Positions 10,994-22,389 of a stretch of 64,000 bases of DNA are shown here, piece by piece. Numbering within the stretch: position 1 is the first letter of the stretch; each line of letters starts with the position of its first letter. Below the pieces are notes generated by a model that saw only the letters and a list, made by a program, of their open reading frames with translations, did not search any database and had not been told where the DNA came from. Location: positions 186,001 through 250,000 of the forward strand of contig AP026176.1 of assembly GCA_030295235.1 (NCBI GenBank), in the 5' to 3' direction. The stretch comes from Fistulifera solaris (taxonomy: Eukaryota). A program made the translations under genes and the position numbers.

Positions 10994-11869
10994 ATGGAAC
11001 CTAGAAACAAGAAACAAAAACGATCCGCCATGCCGCGCGACAAGATTCCCATGTCCAGCAACGAACGCGTCGCCGTCATTACCGGTGGTGAAAAAGGCAT
11101 TGGATTTAATATTGCGGTGCAATTGGGGCAATCGGGTCTTTTTCAGCACATTTGTGTCACGTGTCGCGAAGAATCGCAAGTCGAATCGACCGTTGACTCT
11201 CTCAAGAAGAAGTTACCCCCGGACGTGAAAGTGTGCAGTAGTCCCTTGGAGTTGGGTGACACCACCAGTCATGAAGATCTCGGCACAACCTTAGCAGCCA
11301 TGTACGGGAAAATTGATGTTTTGGTGAACAATGCGGGTTTGGCGTACGATGAAGACGATGAGACGCCCGACGAAGAACAGTGCAGTAACACGTTGAACAT
11401 CAATTTCCGGGGAACGTGCAATTTGACGGAAGAGTTGTTGCCGCTGTTGCGCAAAGGCTCGGACCCTCGGATCATCAATGTCGTCAGTGAACAAGGACAT
11501 TTGAATCAACTTTCGAAAAAACGTCAGAAACAGTTCACGGCGAAGGACTTGACGATGGAGGAGTTGTTTGATTTGATGGAAGAATACGAGAAGGACGTGC
11601 AAGAGGGAAATCATTTGGATAAGGGTTGGGGTCAATCGTTCTACGGGATGGCCGATTTAGCCTTGGTGGCTGCCTCGCAAGTCTGGGCTCACAATGAACC
11701 GGATATTACGATCGATTGTGTTGATCCAGGTTATTGCAAGACGGATATGACGCATCAAAAGGGAGATCGTGATCCAGCCGAAGGTGCCAAGTGCGTGGTA
11801 ATTCCGGCCACCTGTGAGAATCCGCCGACGGGTGCCTTCTATGCCAATAACGAGATTGCGAGCTGGTAA
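10994..11869 (+). CDS. Carbonyl reductase-like SDR copy 3, lacking the catalytic Lys
   Basis: TGGEKGIG, NNAG; YGMAD replaces YGMSK; basic N-terminal extension. Confidence 0.88.
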   Translation: MEPRNKKQKRSAMPRDKIPMSSNERVAVITGGEKGIGFNIAVQLGQSGLFQHICVTCREESQVESTVDSLKKKLPPDVKVCSSPLELGDTTSHEDLGTTLAAMYGKIDVLVNNAGLAYDEDDETPDEEQCSNTLNINFRGTCNLTEELLPLLRKGSDPRIINVVSEQGHLNQLSKKRQKQFTAKDLTMEELFDLMEEYEKDVQEGNHLDKGWGQSFYGMADLALVAASQVWAHNEPDITIDCVDPGYCKTDMTHQKGDRDPAEGAKCVVIPATCENPPTGAFYANNEIASW

Positions 11870-12015
11870 AGAGTAGCCGTCCCTGCCATTGCTGCATCTT
11901 ACCATCGCATTCCACAAATTCATTCTCATTACATAAATTGCATAATCATCGAAACTCATAAAAAGAATTGCTTCAGCCTGAATTTATCGTAACTATTATA
12001 ACTTCTTTTACAAGC

Positions 12016-13101
12016 TCACGAATAAAAGGAGAATTTGAGAACACACATGAAAATGAAATGCGTGACGGGAAAGGCCAAGACAAAGGTCGCCGCTTTGCCG
12101 GCATCTTGTTGCAACAATGGATTGGCCAAATTGCGCAACACGAAACATCCCGATACGAGTGTCGCCACCATCAACAGTATCCATTGCATCAACGACCACC
12201 ACGGCATCCACAATAAACTTGTAATGACCACATACGGTACCAAACAATATCCATAACAACAGATCCACATAACCCAGGGGACTTTGGTCATGCCCATACA
12301 GATAGAAGCCAACCAAAAGAAGGTGGGCAATCCGAACGCAAAGGTGGCCACGACACTGAGTGCGTGAATCAAATGCGTGAGATCGTATTCCATGGCTTGG
12401 AAATCTTGTGCTGCGGCGGATGTATCGGTCGAATTACTCGTACTCGACGGACTATGTTTGGGAGTAAACTGTTTCCAATGATCAAAATAGAGCAACATGT
12501 TACTCGTCACGGCCAACGTAAAAACCAACGTACAGGCAATCCACAAGGGTCCATACAAATCGGGACCTTTGCGCAAAATGGGAGTTTCCTGATTACTAGT
12601 GTCAGTTTCGGAGGTGACAACATTCCGGGCATCCCCCAAGGTATCGACGCGAAAATAATCGGGCAAATGAAAAAACAGTAAGGCCGCCTTGAGTCGTCCG
12701 GCGACATCGGATGTATCGACATCAAAGTACATTTGGTACGTATCCAAGCGAATGCAATTGAGACAGCCAGCAAAGGACCAGAACGAAGATGAAGCGGGCG
12801 TTTGATTGTTGTTGGGAGCCGCATTTTGATCCATCGTTCCCGACAAGTACTGGACGTTGCCTTGTTGTGGTGGTTGTTGTTGCATAATATAGGGTTGTTG
12901 CTGTTGCATGTACGGTTGTTGTTGCATGTAAGGCTGCTGTGGCTGTTGCTGCGGCATATTATACGGCTGCTGTGGTTGTTGCGGCATAGTATAGGGCAGC
13001 TGTTGCGGCGGCGCTGGCTGCTGGGCACGAAACGGATTGGGTGCAAACGGATCGTCTTCTTCTTCGTAATTGCTATTCGCACCGTACGAAGATTGCATCA
13101 T
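12016..13101 (-). CDS. Yip1-domain Golgi membrane protein (YIPF1/2-like)
   Basis: YFDVDT, PDLYGPLWIACTLVF, C..GY.L..Y and several TM segments; Q/P/Y-rich N-terminus. Confidence 0.88.
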   Translation of the reverse strand: MMQSSYGANSNYEEEDDPFAPNPFRAQQPAPPQQLPYTMPQQPQQPYNMPQQQPQQPYMQQQPYMQQQQPYIMQQQPPQQGNVQYLSGTMDQNAAPNNNQTPASSSFWSFAGCLNCIRLDTYQMYFDVDTSDVAGRLKAALLFFHLPDYFRVDTLGDARNVVTSETDTSNQETPILRKGPDLYGPLWIACTLVFTLAVTSNMLLYFDHWKQFTPKHSPSSTSNSTDTSAAAQDFQAMEYDLTHLIHALSVVATFAFGLPTFFWLASICMGMTKVPWVMWICCYGYCLVPYVVITSLLWMPWWSLMQWILLMVATLVSGCFVLRNLANPLLQQDAGKAATFVLAFPVTHFIFMCVLKFSFYS

Positions 13102-13255
13102 CTTGATTTGTCGAAATAAAAGATAAGAAGAACTTGAAACGCTTGCAATTGAATTGAATGAACTATAAGATGCAGTTGATGATTATTGTCCCCAATGCTT
13201 TTTATCGCCGCGGTTGTCGTCGTTGCTCAAGTCTTCCTTACGTCTGAGCGGCGTC

Positions 13256-13326
13256 CGTCAATGACTTGATCATGACGTATGACACATGACATGACTCATG
13301 ACGCGACTGACGTTTTCTGCACGTCA
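13256..13326. promoter_or_regulatory. Dense cluster of TGAC (bZIP-type) sites in a divergent promoter
   Basis: TGACGT at 13273 and 13308, ACGTCA at 13321, TGACTCA at 13292, plus further ATGAC copies within ~70 bp. Confidence 0.4.
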
Positions 13327-13450
13327 AAAGTCCTCGTCGTACAGTAGACTATGCGTATTGGCACACTGACTCGGCATCTCATTTCGATAAATGGTTTGAT
13401 CCTTTCATTTTTTATTATCACAAAACTCAAATCATTCATAAGTAACGATC

Positions 13451-14017
13451 ATGCGCGCTGTACTGCTCCTTTTATTATCCAGCTACTCCTGGGCTTGGAA
13501 TCCTCGGCTGACACGACGGGCGTGGTGTCTGACCACCGCTAGTCTGTGGGTGCCCCTCGCGGCCCAAGCCGCTCCTCCCGCACAGCTATTGGAGGAATTA
13601 AAAGAATGCAAAGTGAAATTGGAACCAATTCCTGCATTGTTGGAACAAATGGAATGGGATAAAGTTCGATCCATTCTCAAAGTACCGCCCGTGAACAAAT
13701 TATGGAATCTCGGTGATGTAAGTTTGTTGTTGTTGTTCTTGTTCTTGGATCCCACCCACCCACTCAATTTGCAAAAGTCCCAAAATACTGTCGTTCAATT
13801 GGCCAAATCTGCCGGTAGCATTGAATTGTTGGAATTGAAAGATGATCTGGCCTTGACGTTGCAATTGTGCGATCAATACACGTACAACAATGCCTTTGTG
13901 TACTTTCAACCGGGGAATGGCAAATACAATATTAAGGAACCGCAACAACTGGCTCGAAAAGCGATGCAACAAATTCAAGAGATTGTGGATTTGGTCGAGT
14001 CGGAGGGGTCGTCTTGA
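13451..14017 (+). CDS. Plastid, probably thylakoid-lumen, helical protein (PsbQ-like fold suspected)
   Basis: Signal peptide ending SWA-W, twin-Arg TRR, AQA cleavage site. In-frame 60-nt intron 13718-13777 (GTAAGT...AAG). Confidence 0.75.
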   Translation: MRAVLLLLLSSYSWAWNPRLTRRAWCLTTASLWVPLAAQAAPPAQLLEELKECKVKLEPIPALLEQMEWDKVRSILKVPPVNKLWNLGDVSLLLLFLFLDPTHPLNLQKSQNTVVQLAKSAGSIELLELKDDLALTLQLCDQYTYNNAFVYFQPGNGKYNIKEPQQLARKAMQQIQEIVDLVESEGSS

Positions 14018-14508
14018 ACCGACTTGTAGAGGAGGTCAACCACAGGTAGAATGAAGGTAATCACGACCACGGCGTCCCTCTTGTTGTATCTTAAAATGTT
14101 GTGAGCTTGTTTGGTGGGTTTAGAAACCTTGGTCTCGAACGAATGAAGAAAGCACTACACAATGAATGAGGTTTAGAAGAATTGATTCATCGACCTAGTA
14201 CAATGCTCTTATCACAGTAGGGTTCGAGATTAGTCGTTCGTTTGTCCATACGTTTTGTTCCGAGTTCGTTGCTGACGTCTCCGATGGAAATTCGGCTCCG
14301 CTCGGGAATGACCAGTCCCGCTCGACAGTCACACAAAGAGTAGAGGCGTCGCGCGGCGTGTTGTTCTTTTTTTTTTTTTTTTCGGTTCGGCCGAAACTCT
14401 CTCATTTTCTCCATCAAGAGAACTGCAATAACAGTGAGAAGCATTTCTCATTCCATTTCTTCCTTTTCTCAGCCAGTCTTCCATTCATTAAACATCATAC
14501 CCTTTAGA

Positions 14509-16854
14509 ATGTCCAGGCTAATCACTCTGCTTTCAATTGTGTTGATTGTTTCGCTGGAACCCGTGTCGACGTTTCAGCCGCACCATCGACGACGACACGG
14601 AATTCTTCCTCGAAAAGGCGGTGATTTCCTTTTACAGTAAGTTCTGTAACCTTTATTCGAAGCATTCGCTTGTCAACTTTCTCTCATCTCTTGGGACGAC
14701 ACAGACCTCGAACGACATCATGGCTGCAGAATTCCAACGACGATGACAACGAATCATCATCACCGTTCCCTCTACTACGATTTTCGAATGTCACATTATC
14801 AACGACCAAACACTACCTAACAACCACTTGGAATGACCGCATTGTACCGACTTGGGATCGTGTTAAAGTTTCCGTGTTCTCGTTTGGTGCCGGGTTGTTG
14901 TTTGCTACCTTTGCTCTGTTTTTGCCCCTCTACACCAGCACGCCCGACACCAAGTTATTGCAACCCGTCACATTGTTTGGAAACCATTTTGAGTGACCTG
15001 GATAGCACGTATGTCGATCCCGTCGATACGCAACAATTGTTTCAAACCGGTATCCAGGCCATGTTGCAATCGTTGGATCCGTATACGGAATTTGAAGCCA
15101 AAGAAGAAGCCCAAAATGTCATGGAATCCATCGACGGAAAGTATGGAGGCGTCGGGTTGGTGATTGCCGGGACGACCCAGTCGGCGGCGAATACCGAGGC
15201 GAAGCCAGCCGACGACGGTGTGGTACGGGATATCAGCAGTAATCCTACAGTGGGCAGTTCATTCCTGGACGACGACGAAATGGACGAAGACGAGGATGAA
15301 TATGATTATCAAGTCCGTCAACAAGAAAAACGACGTTACGAACAAGCGGCCGCGAAAGGAATCCGCGTCGTGAAAGCGTTTGAAGGATACGCGTTCGACT
15401 ATGGCTTACGACCGGGGGATCGGTTGTTGGCGGTCGATGATCAAATCTTGGACGACAAGACGGTCGAGCAAGTTCGCAATGTTCTCCGTGGAACACCCGG
15501 AAGTCGTGTGACGATTCAATTCCAACGCGATGGCGTCGAAGGAATTCAAACCGTTACCATACCACGACAAGTCGTTCGTATCAATGATGTCAAGTTGGCG
15601 ACCTTATTACGTCCAAACGACCAGGACCCGTCGGTCGGTTACATTCGCGTCAGTGCCTTTTCGAGTGACACGGGGGCCGAAGTCCGTCAAGCCATTTTGA
15701 ATTTGCAACGCGCGGTGGAAGATGCCTCGCACGGGGAGCGAACTTTGGAAAACTTGATTTTGGATTTGCGCGGCAATCCGGGAGGCTTGTTGACGTCGGC
15801 CGTCGATGTGTGCTCGTTGTTTGCTCCCAAGGGGAGTGACATTGTGAGTGCCAAAGGACGGGGCTTTCCCGGCATTCTGTACCGCAGCCGCGTGGATCCC
15901 CTCGTCGATCCGCAACGGACCAAGTTGGTGGTGCTGGTGAATGGGCAAACGGCGAGTGCGGCGGAAATTGTTTCGGGGGCGATACAAGATTTGGATGTGG
16001 GAGTCATTTTGGGCAGTGAACGAACGTTTGGCAAGGGATTGGTGCAGAATGTGGAGAGTTTGCCGTTTGATACGGCTTTGAAATTTACGGTAGCAAAATA
16101 CTATACCCCGTCCGGTCGCTGCATTCAAGGGGTCAACTACAAGCAGGGAGACAATGACAATGGATTTGGAAGACAGAAGGTAGCCGAACGGGATCGTGCC
16201 ACGTATTATACTCGCATGGGACGTTTGGTCAAAGATGGTGGTGGGATTGAGGCCGATGTGCGTGTTGACGCGCCCAAAGCCAGTGCCTTGGAAGTCACTC
16301 TGTTGCGCAGTGGAATCTTCAACGACTTTGCCGCCTTGTGGAGTCAAAATCACAAATTAACCGACTACGTCAACGCGGACACAAAGAAACTGGATGTCGT
16401 CAACGATGATACGTACAAACAATTCATTGCGTACGTCAAAGAGCAACAACAGCAAGGCAATCTGGAACTGGAATCGCTTTACAGTAAGCCGCTTACTGAT
16501 TTGAAGAAGACTCTGAAGCAATCGGGATACTTGGGTGCCGAAAAGAGTGTCGAGCAGTTGCAAGCACGCATCGTTCGAGACATCGAGAGTGACTTTAACA
16601 AGTATCGAAAAGATTTGATGGAAGATTTATCACAAAGCATATTGTCGCGCTATTTACCCGAAAGTATGCTGATCGAACGCGGCGTCCAAAACGATGTGCA
16701 AGTACAAGCCGCAATGCAGCTACTACAAACTCCAGGAAAGTACGAATCGCTTTTAGCTCGTGACACGGATGTTCCAGTAGGCAACTTACAAATGGCGCGA
16801 GCAGAAGAGCATCGTCTGAAAGAAGCATTTCGAAAAAGTGTCGCTGAGTTTTGA
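14509..16854 (+). CDS. ctpA: C-terminal processing peptidase, family S41A (CtpA/Prc-like), plastid-targeted
   Basis: LDPYT, GGVG, PDZ region, ILDLRGNPGGLL, catalytic TASAAEI and TFGKGLVQ. Presequence VST-FQP. Frameshift near 14980; exact 5' structure (14620-14700) uncertain. Confidence 0.88.
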
Positions 16855-17431
16855 AGTTAGCCAGGTTTCTTGTCGAGGTCTCACTCTAGAGTGTAGGCAA
16901 CATCTATCAGAAAGAACAAAACGAGCTCGCAAAAAGTGAGCGTTTCTTGCTGTTTTTGTGACTCAATCAAGATCCCGCATGTGGAACAAGAAGATAGAAT
17001 AAACGTTGCTTAAATTTCGCATGCGAGGTAGTTTTCCTATAGTTGTGTCGCTACTTATGTATCGGACCGAAGCCTTAGCTCCTTAGCTAATGCGAAATGC
17101 GAGGGCACCAAGTCCATTCACTCGGAAGTTGCAAAAGACTTCGTAGTCCAGAGGAGTAGAGAAGTGTCCGATGTGTGAAACGTGAATGCTGATGACGACA
17201 GTACATTTATGAAACCAGTAAAGACAGCTATTGTACAAAATTTCACACTCGTCACGCCGGCCACTCCGCGAGGTTTGGACATTTTTGCCTTTTTTCTTCC
17301 GATCAACACCTCGCAGTTGGACCGTTTGACAAGACCGAGCCTCGGATAATAGCATTTCTCATTTGTTGCTGACAGCCTTTTTCTCTCGAAAGCCCTTGTG
17401 TGATGCAGGAATATCTTCTTTGTTCGCCGAG

Positions 17432-18968
17432 ATGAGAGATGTGGAAGAGCAAATGATGATACAGCGGGCGCGCACGCACCTGAGCGACGTGGTGCTATAC
17501 ATGCCCGTAGCTACGAAAGCGGCGTATCTAGAGGCCCTGGTGCAATGCCCCCATCTCGTCGAATCCGAGTCGAATCCGGAAACGTTTCTCCGCTTCGAAA
17601 ACTTCAATTACTGGAGTGCGGCGGGGCGACTCGTCACGTACTGGAGAAAGCGAAAGGAATATTTTGGTGACAGGGCGTTTTTGCCGATGGATTTGAGCGG
17701 CGAAGGTGCAATGAATGAGGAAGATTTACGACCGATGGCGGCAGGATGCATAACAATGATTCCCAACAGTAATATCATCATTCACGATCGAACGTGCGCT
17801 AGCGACGCCGGCGATGAAGCAACCAAACTGCGACGACGTTTCTTTTCATGCAGACTCTCATGGATCCTTGTTTTCGAGGAGGAAAAGGAACGAGGCTTTT
17901 TATTTACGGTTTTGAAATTTCGGATATGCGGAGAAGAATGAATACTGAGGCAAAACTACTCTTTGAGGACGCGTTTCCCATTCCGAATATGGAAGCGGTG
18001 CACTTAGTGTTCGTGAAAGAGAAGAGTCAGACTTTGTGGCAATATTTGCTGCCTCTCGGGTTAGAGCAAATGTCTGGATTAATTTCGCATTTAAAGGTTC
18101 ATAACTTTGACTCGGTAGAAGAAATCGCCGAAGGTCTTTCAAGTTACGGTGTTACTCGAAGTCATCTTCCGCCTAAACTTGGCGGGCACTACTCCGTCGA
18201 GTTTAGTTCATTTGTTTTGGCGCACAGGCTACCGCTTTCTACAGCAAACAGGATTCAAAAGAAACTATTTCTTAATTCTTTGGGTGAGAAGGAGGAGGAC
18301 AGCATTAATAGTCGAGATGTTCACCGTGCTACTCAACGGGGCTCGGAAGGAAAAGGGAGTTTGGAGCTTCTTTTGGACTATTTTATGAAGAGGGCACCGG
18401 ATCTACCTGACGTAGCAGAGGCAGATTCGCTGAATCCATTACGACCATTCCCGAGCAGCCCAACGCACGACTCTTGGCAGCATCAAGATGAATTAGCGAA
18501 TGAAATTTTGAGCCACGACATCACAGCCTGTCAAGGTTTATCTGTTCCTATGTATCACGACTCTGATGCAAAGTCGTTGTCTAAGTATCAGTGCTTGGTT
18601 CGCCAGCAAATCGAGTTTTTGAATCCACGGAGGATGATGTTTCTTCCTGCATCCGCGGGAGAAATCGACTGATCGTACTCGGTCAAGTTGGTATCCGATG
18701 CCGTCATTGCGCACACCTGCCACGGCAAAATCGAGCTATGGCCGCAACCTACTACCCAACAACACTCGAAGGCGTCTACCAGACTGCCCAGAACTTGGCT
18801 CGGAAGCATTTAATAGGAACCTGTCCCCATGTGCCATTGGATTGTCGACAAAGACTAACTGAATTGTGCGAGTCGAAATCAGCACTCGGCACAGGCAAGA
18901 GATACTGGGCCGAAAAGGCTCAGATGAGTGGCGTATTTGAAGACGATTCCATTTTGCGCTTTAGATGA
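17432..18968 (+). CDS. CRAL-TRIO-like domain fused to a C-terminal GQVGIRCxHC domain (copy 1)
   Basis: FLRFENFNYWSAAGRLVTYW and HLPPKLGG resemble CRAL-TRIO N- and C-terminal motifs. C-terminal LSKYQCLVRQQIEF...GQVGIRCRHC...YYP...H...C...YWA. Frameshifts at ~17845 and ~18618. Confidence 0.8.
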
Positions 18969-20130
18969 TGAGAGTGAAGTGTACGAAGAGTGAGTAGCGC
19001 TTTCTCGGAATAGCTTAGCAGGGACGATATTTGTTCTGAGGGTAGTTAACAATGTTCGTCCGAACTCGAACATGCTAGAATCTACTAAAGATGCAGACAA
19101 ACACCGAATACTCAGTGCTGTGAAAAAGTGTCTTCAAGTCGAATAAGGCAGCAGTTCGCTCTCACTCCTTTCTAGAGCGAAAGCGTTAAAACTAGTCGTC
19201 GTGCGGCGTCTAGCTAAAGTGTGGATAGCCATACGGCGTAAAAAGTCGTCCCGACAAGTTAGGTACTTCATTGTTCAGACGCATGCGAATAAACATAAGA
19301 GTAAGTTCGCTCCTTCGCCAGGAGCTCTAGGCTCTTCAAAAGCAGATTGGAAAAGTGAGTTCTAGAGGATACACAATCCTTTTGGGGGTTGAACGTTGAA
19401 CAACTCTGTTGCACAACAACTAAACCAGTTCATTCGAAACGTGCAACAATGGGAATAGAGAGCTAGTTGATCGTGAGTCGTGGGACAGGAGCCAAAAGCT
19501 GTTGAGCTATAGAATCTTATCTTTGAACTCATGCAGATAATAGCTATTATTTTTCAAGCGGTTCTCTATAGCTTGAGTGGATAGTCGTGCGGCCTATAAA
19601 GTCGTCCCGGGAAGACTATGGCTATGACTCGAGCGTTTTGCGACATTTCCAAGAGTGCAGTCAAGAAGCTCTTGGCAAGGCTCTTGGATCTCTTAGCTTT
19701 CGGCTCTCGGCTCTTTTAACTTTATGAGAGAGAAAAACCACTGACTGTTCACTGATTAAGTCTACATGGACGACTGGTCGACTCCGTCGATAAGACGGTG
19801 CGAGATGATGTACGATAACGCCGCACCGCCCGGTGACAACTTTCTTTCCCACAGTAAGCGGGCTGGCTAACCAGTGACCGTCTTTTGAATCGCGAACGAC
19901 ATCCTACGCAACGCTTATTCATTCGTACAAGGTTTTTACTTGCGCTATGTTAACGCTCGGCATGCATCAGTTCTGATTTCTGATTCAAAAATGACTTTGG
20001 CCAATACGCTCGAACGCATGAGAATGAGTAAGGAACTCTATCGTCGGCAATCAGCGTCAGAGAGAAAACATCGCATTGAGTCAAAGTATCTTTCGCAAGG
20101 GCGCTGTGCTACAGAATCCACAAAAGAAAA

Positions 20131-21663
20131 ATGAGCTTCGCACAAGATGAGCAAAGAATGATGATGCAACGGGCCCGTGCTCATCTCAATGAGGTTGTAA
20201 TGCAGATGCCCGTTGCCGCAAAAACGGCGTACCTCGAAGCTTTAACTCAATGTCCTCATCTCGTCGAGACTGAAACAAATCCAGAAATATTTCTGCGCTT
20301 TGAAAACTTCAATTACTGGAGTGCGGCGGGGCGACTCGTCACGTACTGGAGAAAGCGAAAGGAATATTTTGGTGACCGTGCGTTTTTACCGATGGATTTG
20401 AGCGGAAAAGGAGCGATGAGCAAAGAAGATATGCAACCAATAGTGACAGGATGCGTTACTATGCTTCCCAATAGCAACATAATTGTTCTAGATCGAACAT
20501 CAGCCAGCGACACGGGCGGAATAGCGACTCGGCGCCGAAGGCGATTCTTTTCGTGCATTCACTCATGGGATCTGGTACTTGCCCGAGACTCATCATTAAT
20601 GGCTTCGTCGTATCGGATGTACTTAGAAGAATGAATGCAGAAATGAAAGATCTACTGGCAGATGCATTCCCCATTCCGAGTATTGGAGAAATCCACGTTA
20701 TTTTCGTAAAAGCGAAAAATCAGACGGTATGGCAGCATCTACTGCCTCTTGGGTTACAGCAAATGGCTGGCCTGGTTGCGAACGTTAAAATTCATAACTT
20801 TGACACGGTAGAGCAGATTGCGGAAGAGCTAGGCTGCTACGGTGTTACGCGAAATCATCTACCGCCTCAACTCGGTGGATGTTACAACATCGAGTTCAGT
20901 TCATTTGTGCTTTCCCACAAACTTCCTCTTTCAGCGGTGCATCAGTTACAAGCCAAAAATATTTTTTGTCGAACCTCTGCAACGCCCGACAAAGCGGCGA
21001 CGTCACTTTATAGCCTAATCGGAAAAGGTAATCCGCGTACCTCTTTCCCCCGAGAAACGCAGCGCCACGACTCCGAAGGAAAAGGAAGCCTAGAGCTTCT
21101 TTTGGACTACTTTATGAAAAAAAGCACCCGATCTTCCTGATGTAGCAGAAACGGATTCACTGAACCCCCTGACGCCATTTGATCCCATTCTTCCAAGCAA
21201 TCATATCAGTAACCTGTATGCGGAAGGGTCGCGTACCATTCTGCTCTTCAAGGACGCGGATGCGAGTGTTCTCTCTGAGTATCAATGTCTAGTTCGCCAG
21301 CAAATCGAATTCTTTGAGGCCAACCAGGACGATGTCACTTCCTCCATTCGAGGACGAAACAAGGCAATTGTTTTAGGTCAAGTTGGGATCCGTTGCCGTC
21401 ATTGTACGCATTTACCACGGCAACAACGTACCATGGCCGCCACATATTATCCAACCAAACTGGAAGGGATATACCAGACATCACAAAACCTGGCTCGGAA
21501 ACATTTGATCGGTTCTTGTCCTTTTGTGCCGTGGGAATTCAAGAAACGATTGACTGACCTTTGCGAGTCTAAATCGGCGACCGGTACAGGGAAGCTTTAC
21601 TGGGCCGAAACGGCAATGACATGTGGAGTATATGAGGATGAATCCATACTCCGCCTCAAATAG
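20131..21663 (+). CDS. CRAL-TRIO-like/GQVGIRCxHC fusion (copy 2)
   Basis: Colinear paralog; frameshifts at ~20550 and ~21120. Confidence 0.8.
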
Positions 21664-22389
21664 AGCTAAAACTTTATTGCTTAAGCTACAATCTTCGCCT
21701 TTTTCTGTTCTTATCCAGTTATTTTTATTCAAATCATTTAAAGCTCCTGAAATGAAATTGCAGGTTGTGCTTATGGCGTCTGTTGCTAATTTTTTGAAGA
21801 TCGCTCGCGGTTTTCGTCATCTTACAAACTACTCCGTAACCAAGAATGCGTCGGTTTTATTTCAGCATCGGGTCGTCAGATGAGGCAAATTCTTTCGTAG
21901 GTCAACTCGATGCTTTAACACGGAATTTGTAATTCAGACGGAGTATTTGAATGAACGAATAGCTTCTGGGTTAGAATGAACGATAAACGCATAGACTGCG
22001 AGTCGTGAGTCGTGACTGATTTTTACCCGTTGCGAGTTACGAGACCTCTTCGCACTTAACATTAGCACAGCACACAGGATACTACGTTGTACAAAGTTGA
22101 TCCGAAAGGTACTTTTTGTATCTCGAGGTGGCGAATGCGGAACGCGGAGAACACAGAACACGCAAGAGTGACGGACCACACCGAAATTAAAGTACTCCGT
22201 ACTTCACTATCACAAGACACACGATAACCGATAACCGATACTGTACGCGCGACGACCGACGACCTGATGCTCATCGCGTTGGCATTTGACATTGTTGATC
22301 CGAAAGACTTGCTATTTCCGCAAAGAAGAGACAAGGGATGATCTCTAGAGTCTAGAGCAAATAAATAAATAAATTATACCTCAATTCAA

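Noticed and set aside
19190..19612. Imperfect ~35-bp repeat (gtggatag...aaagtcgtcccg) in the spacer between paralogs
   Set aside because: Short and degenerate, with no TIR, TSD or structure that I could support.
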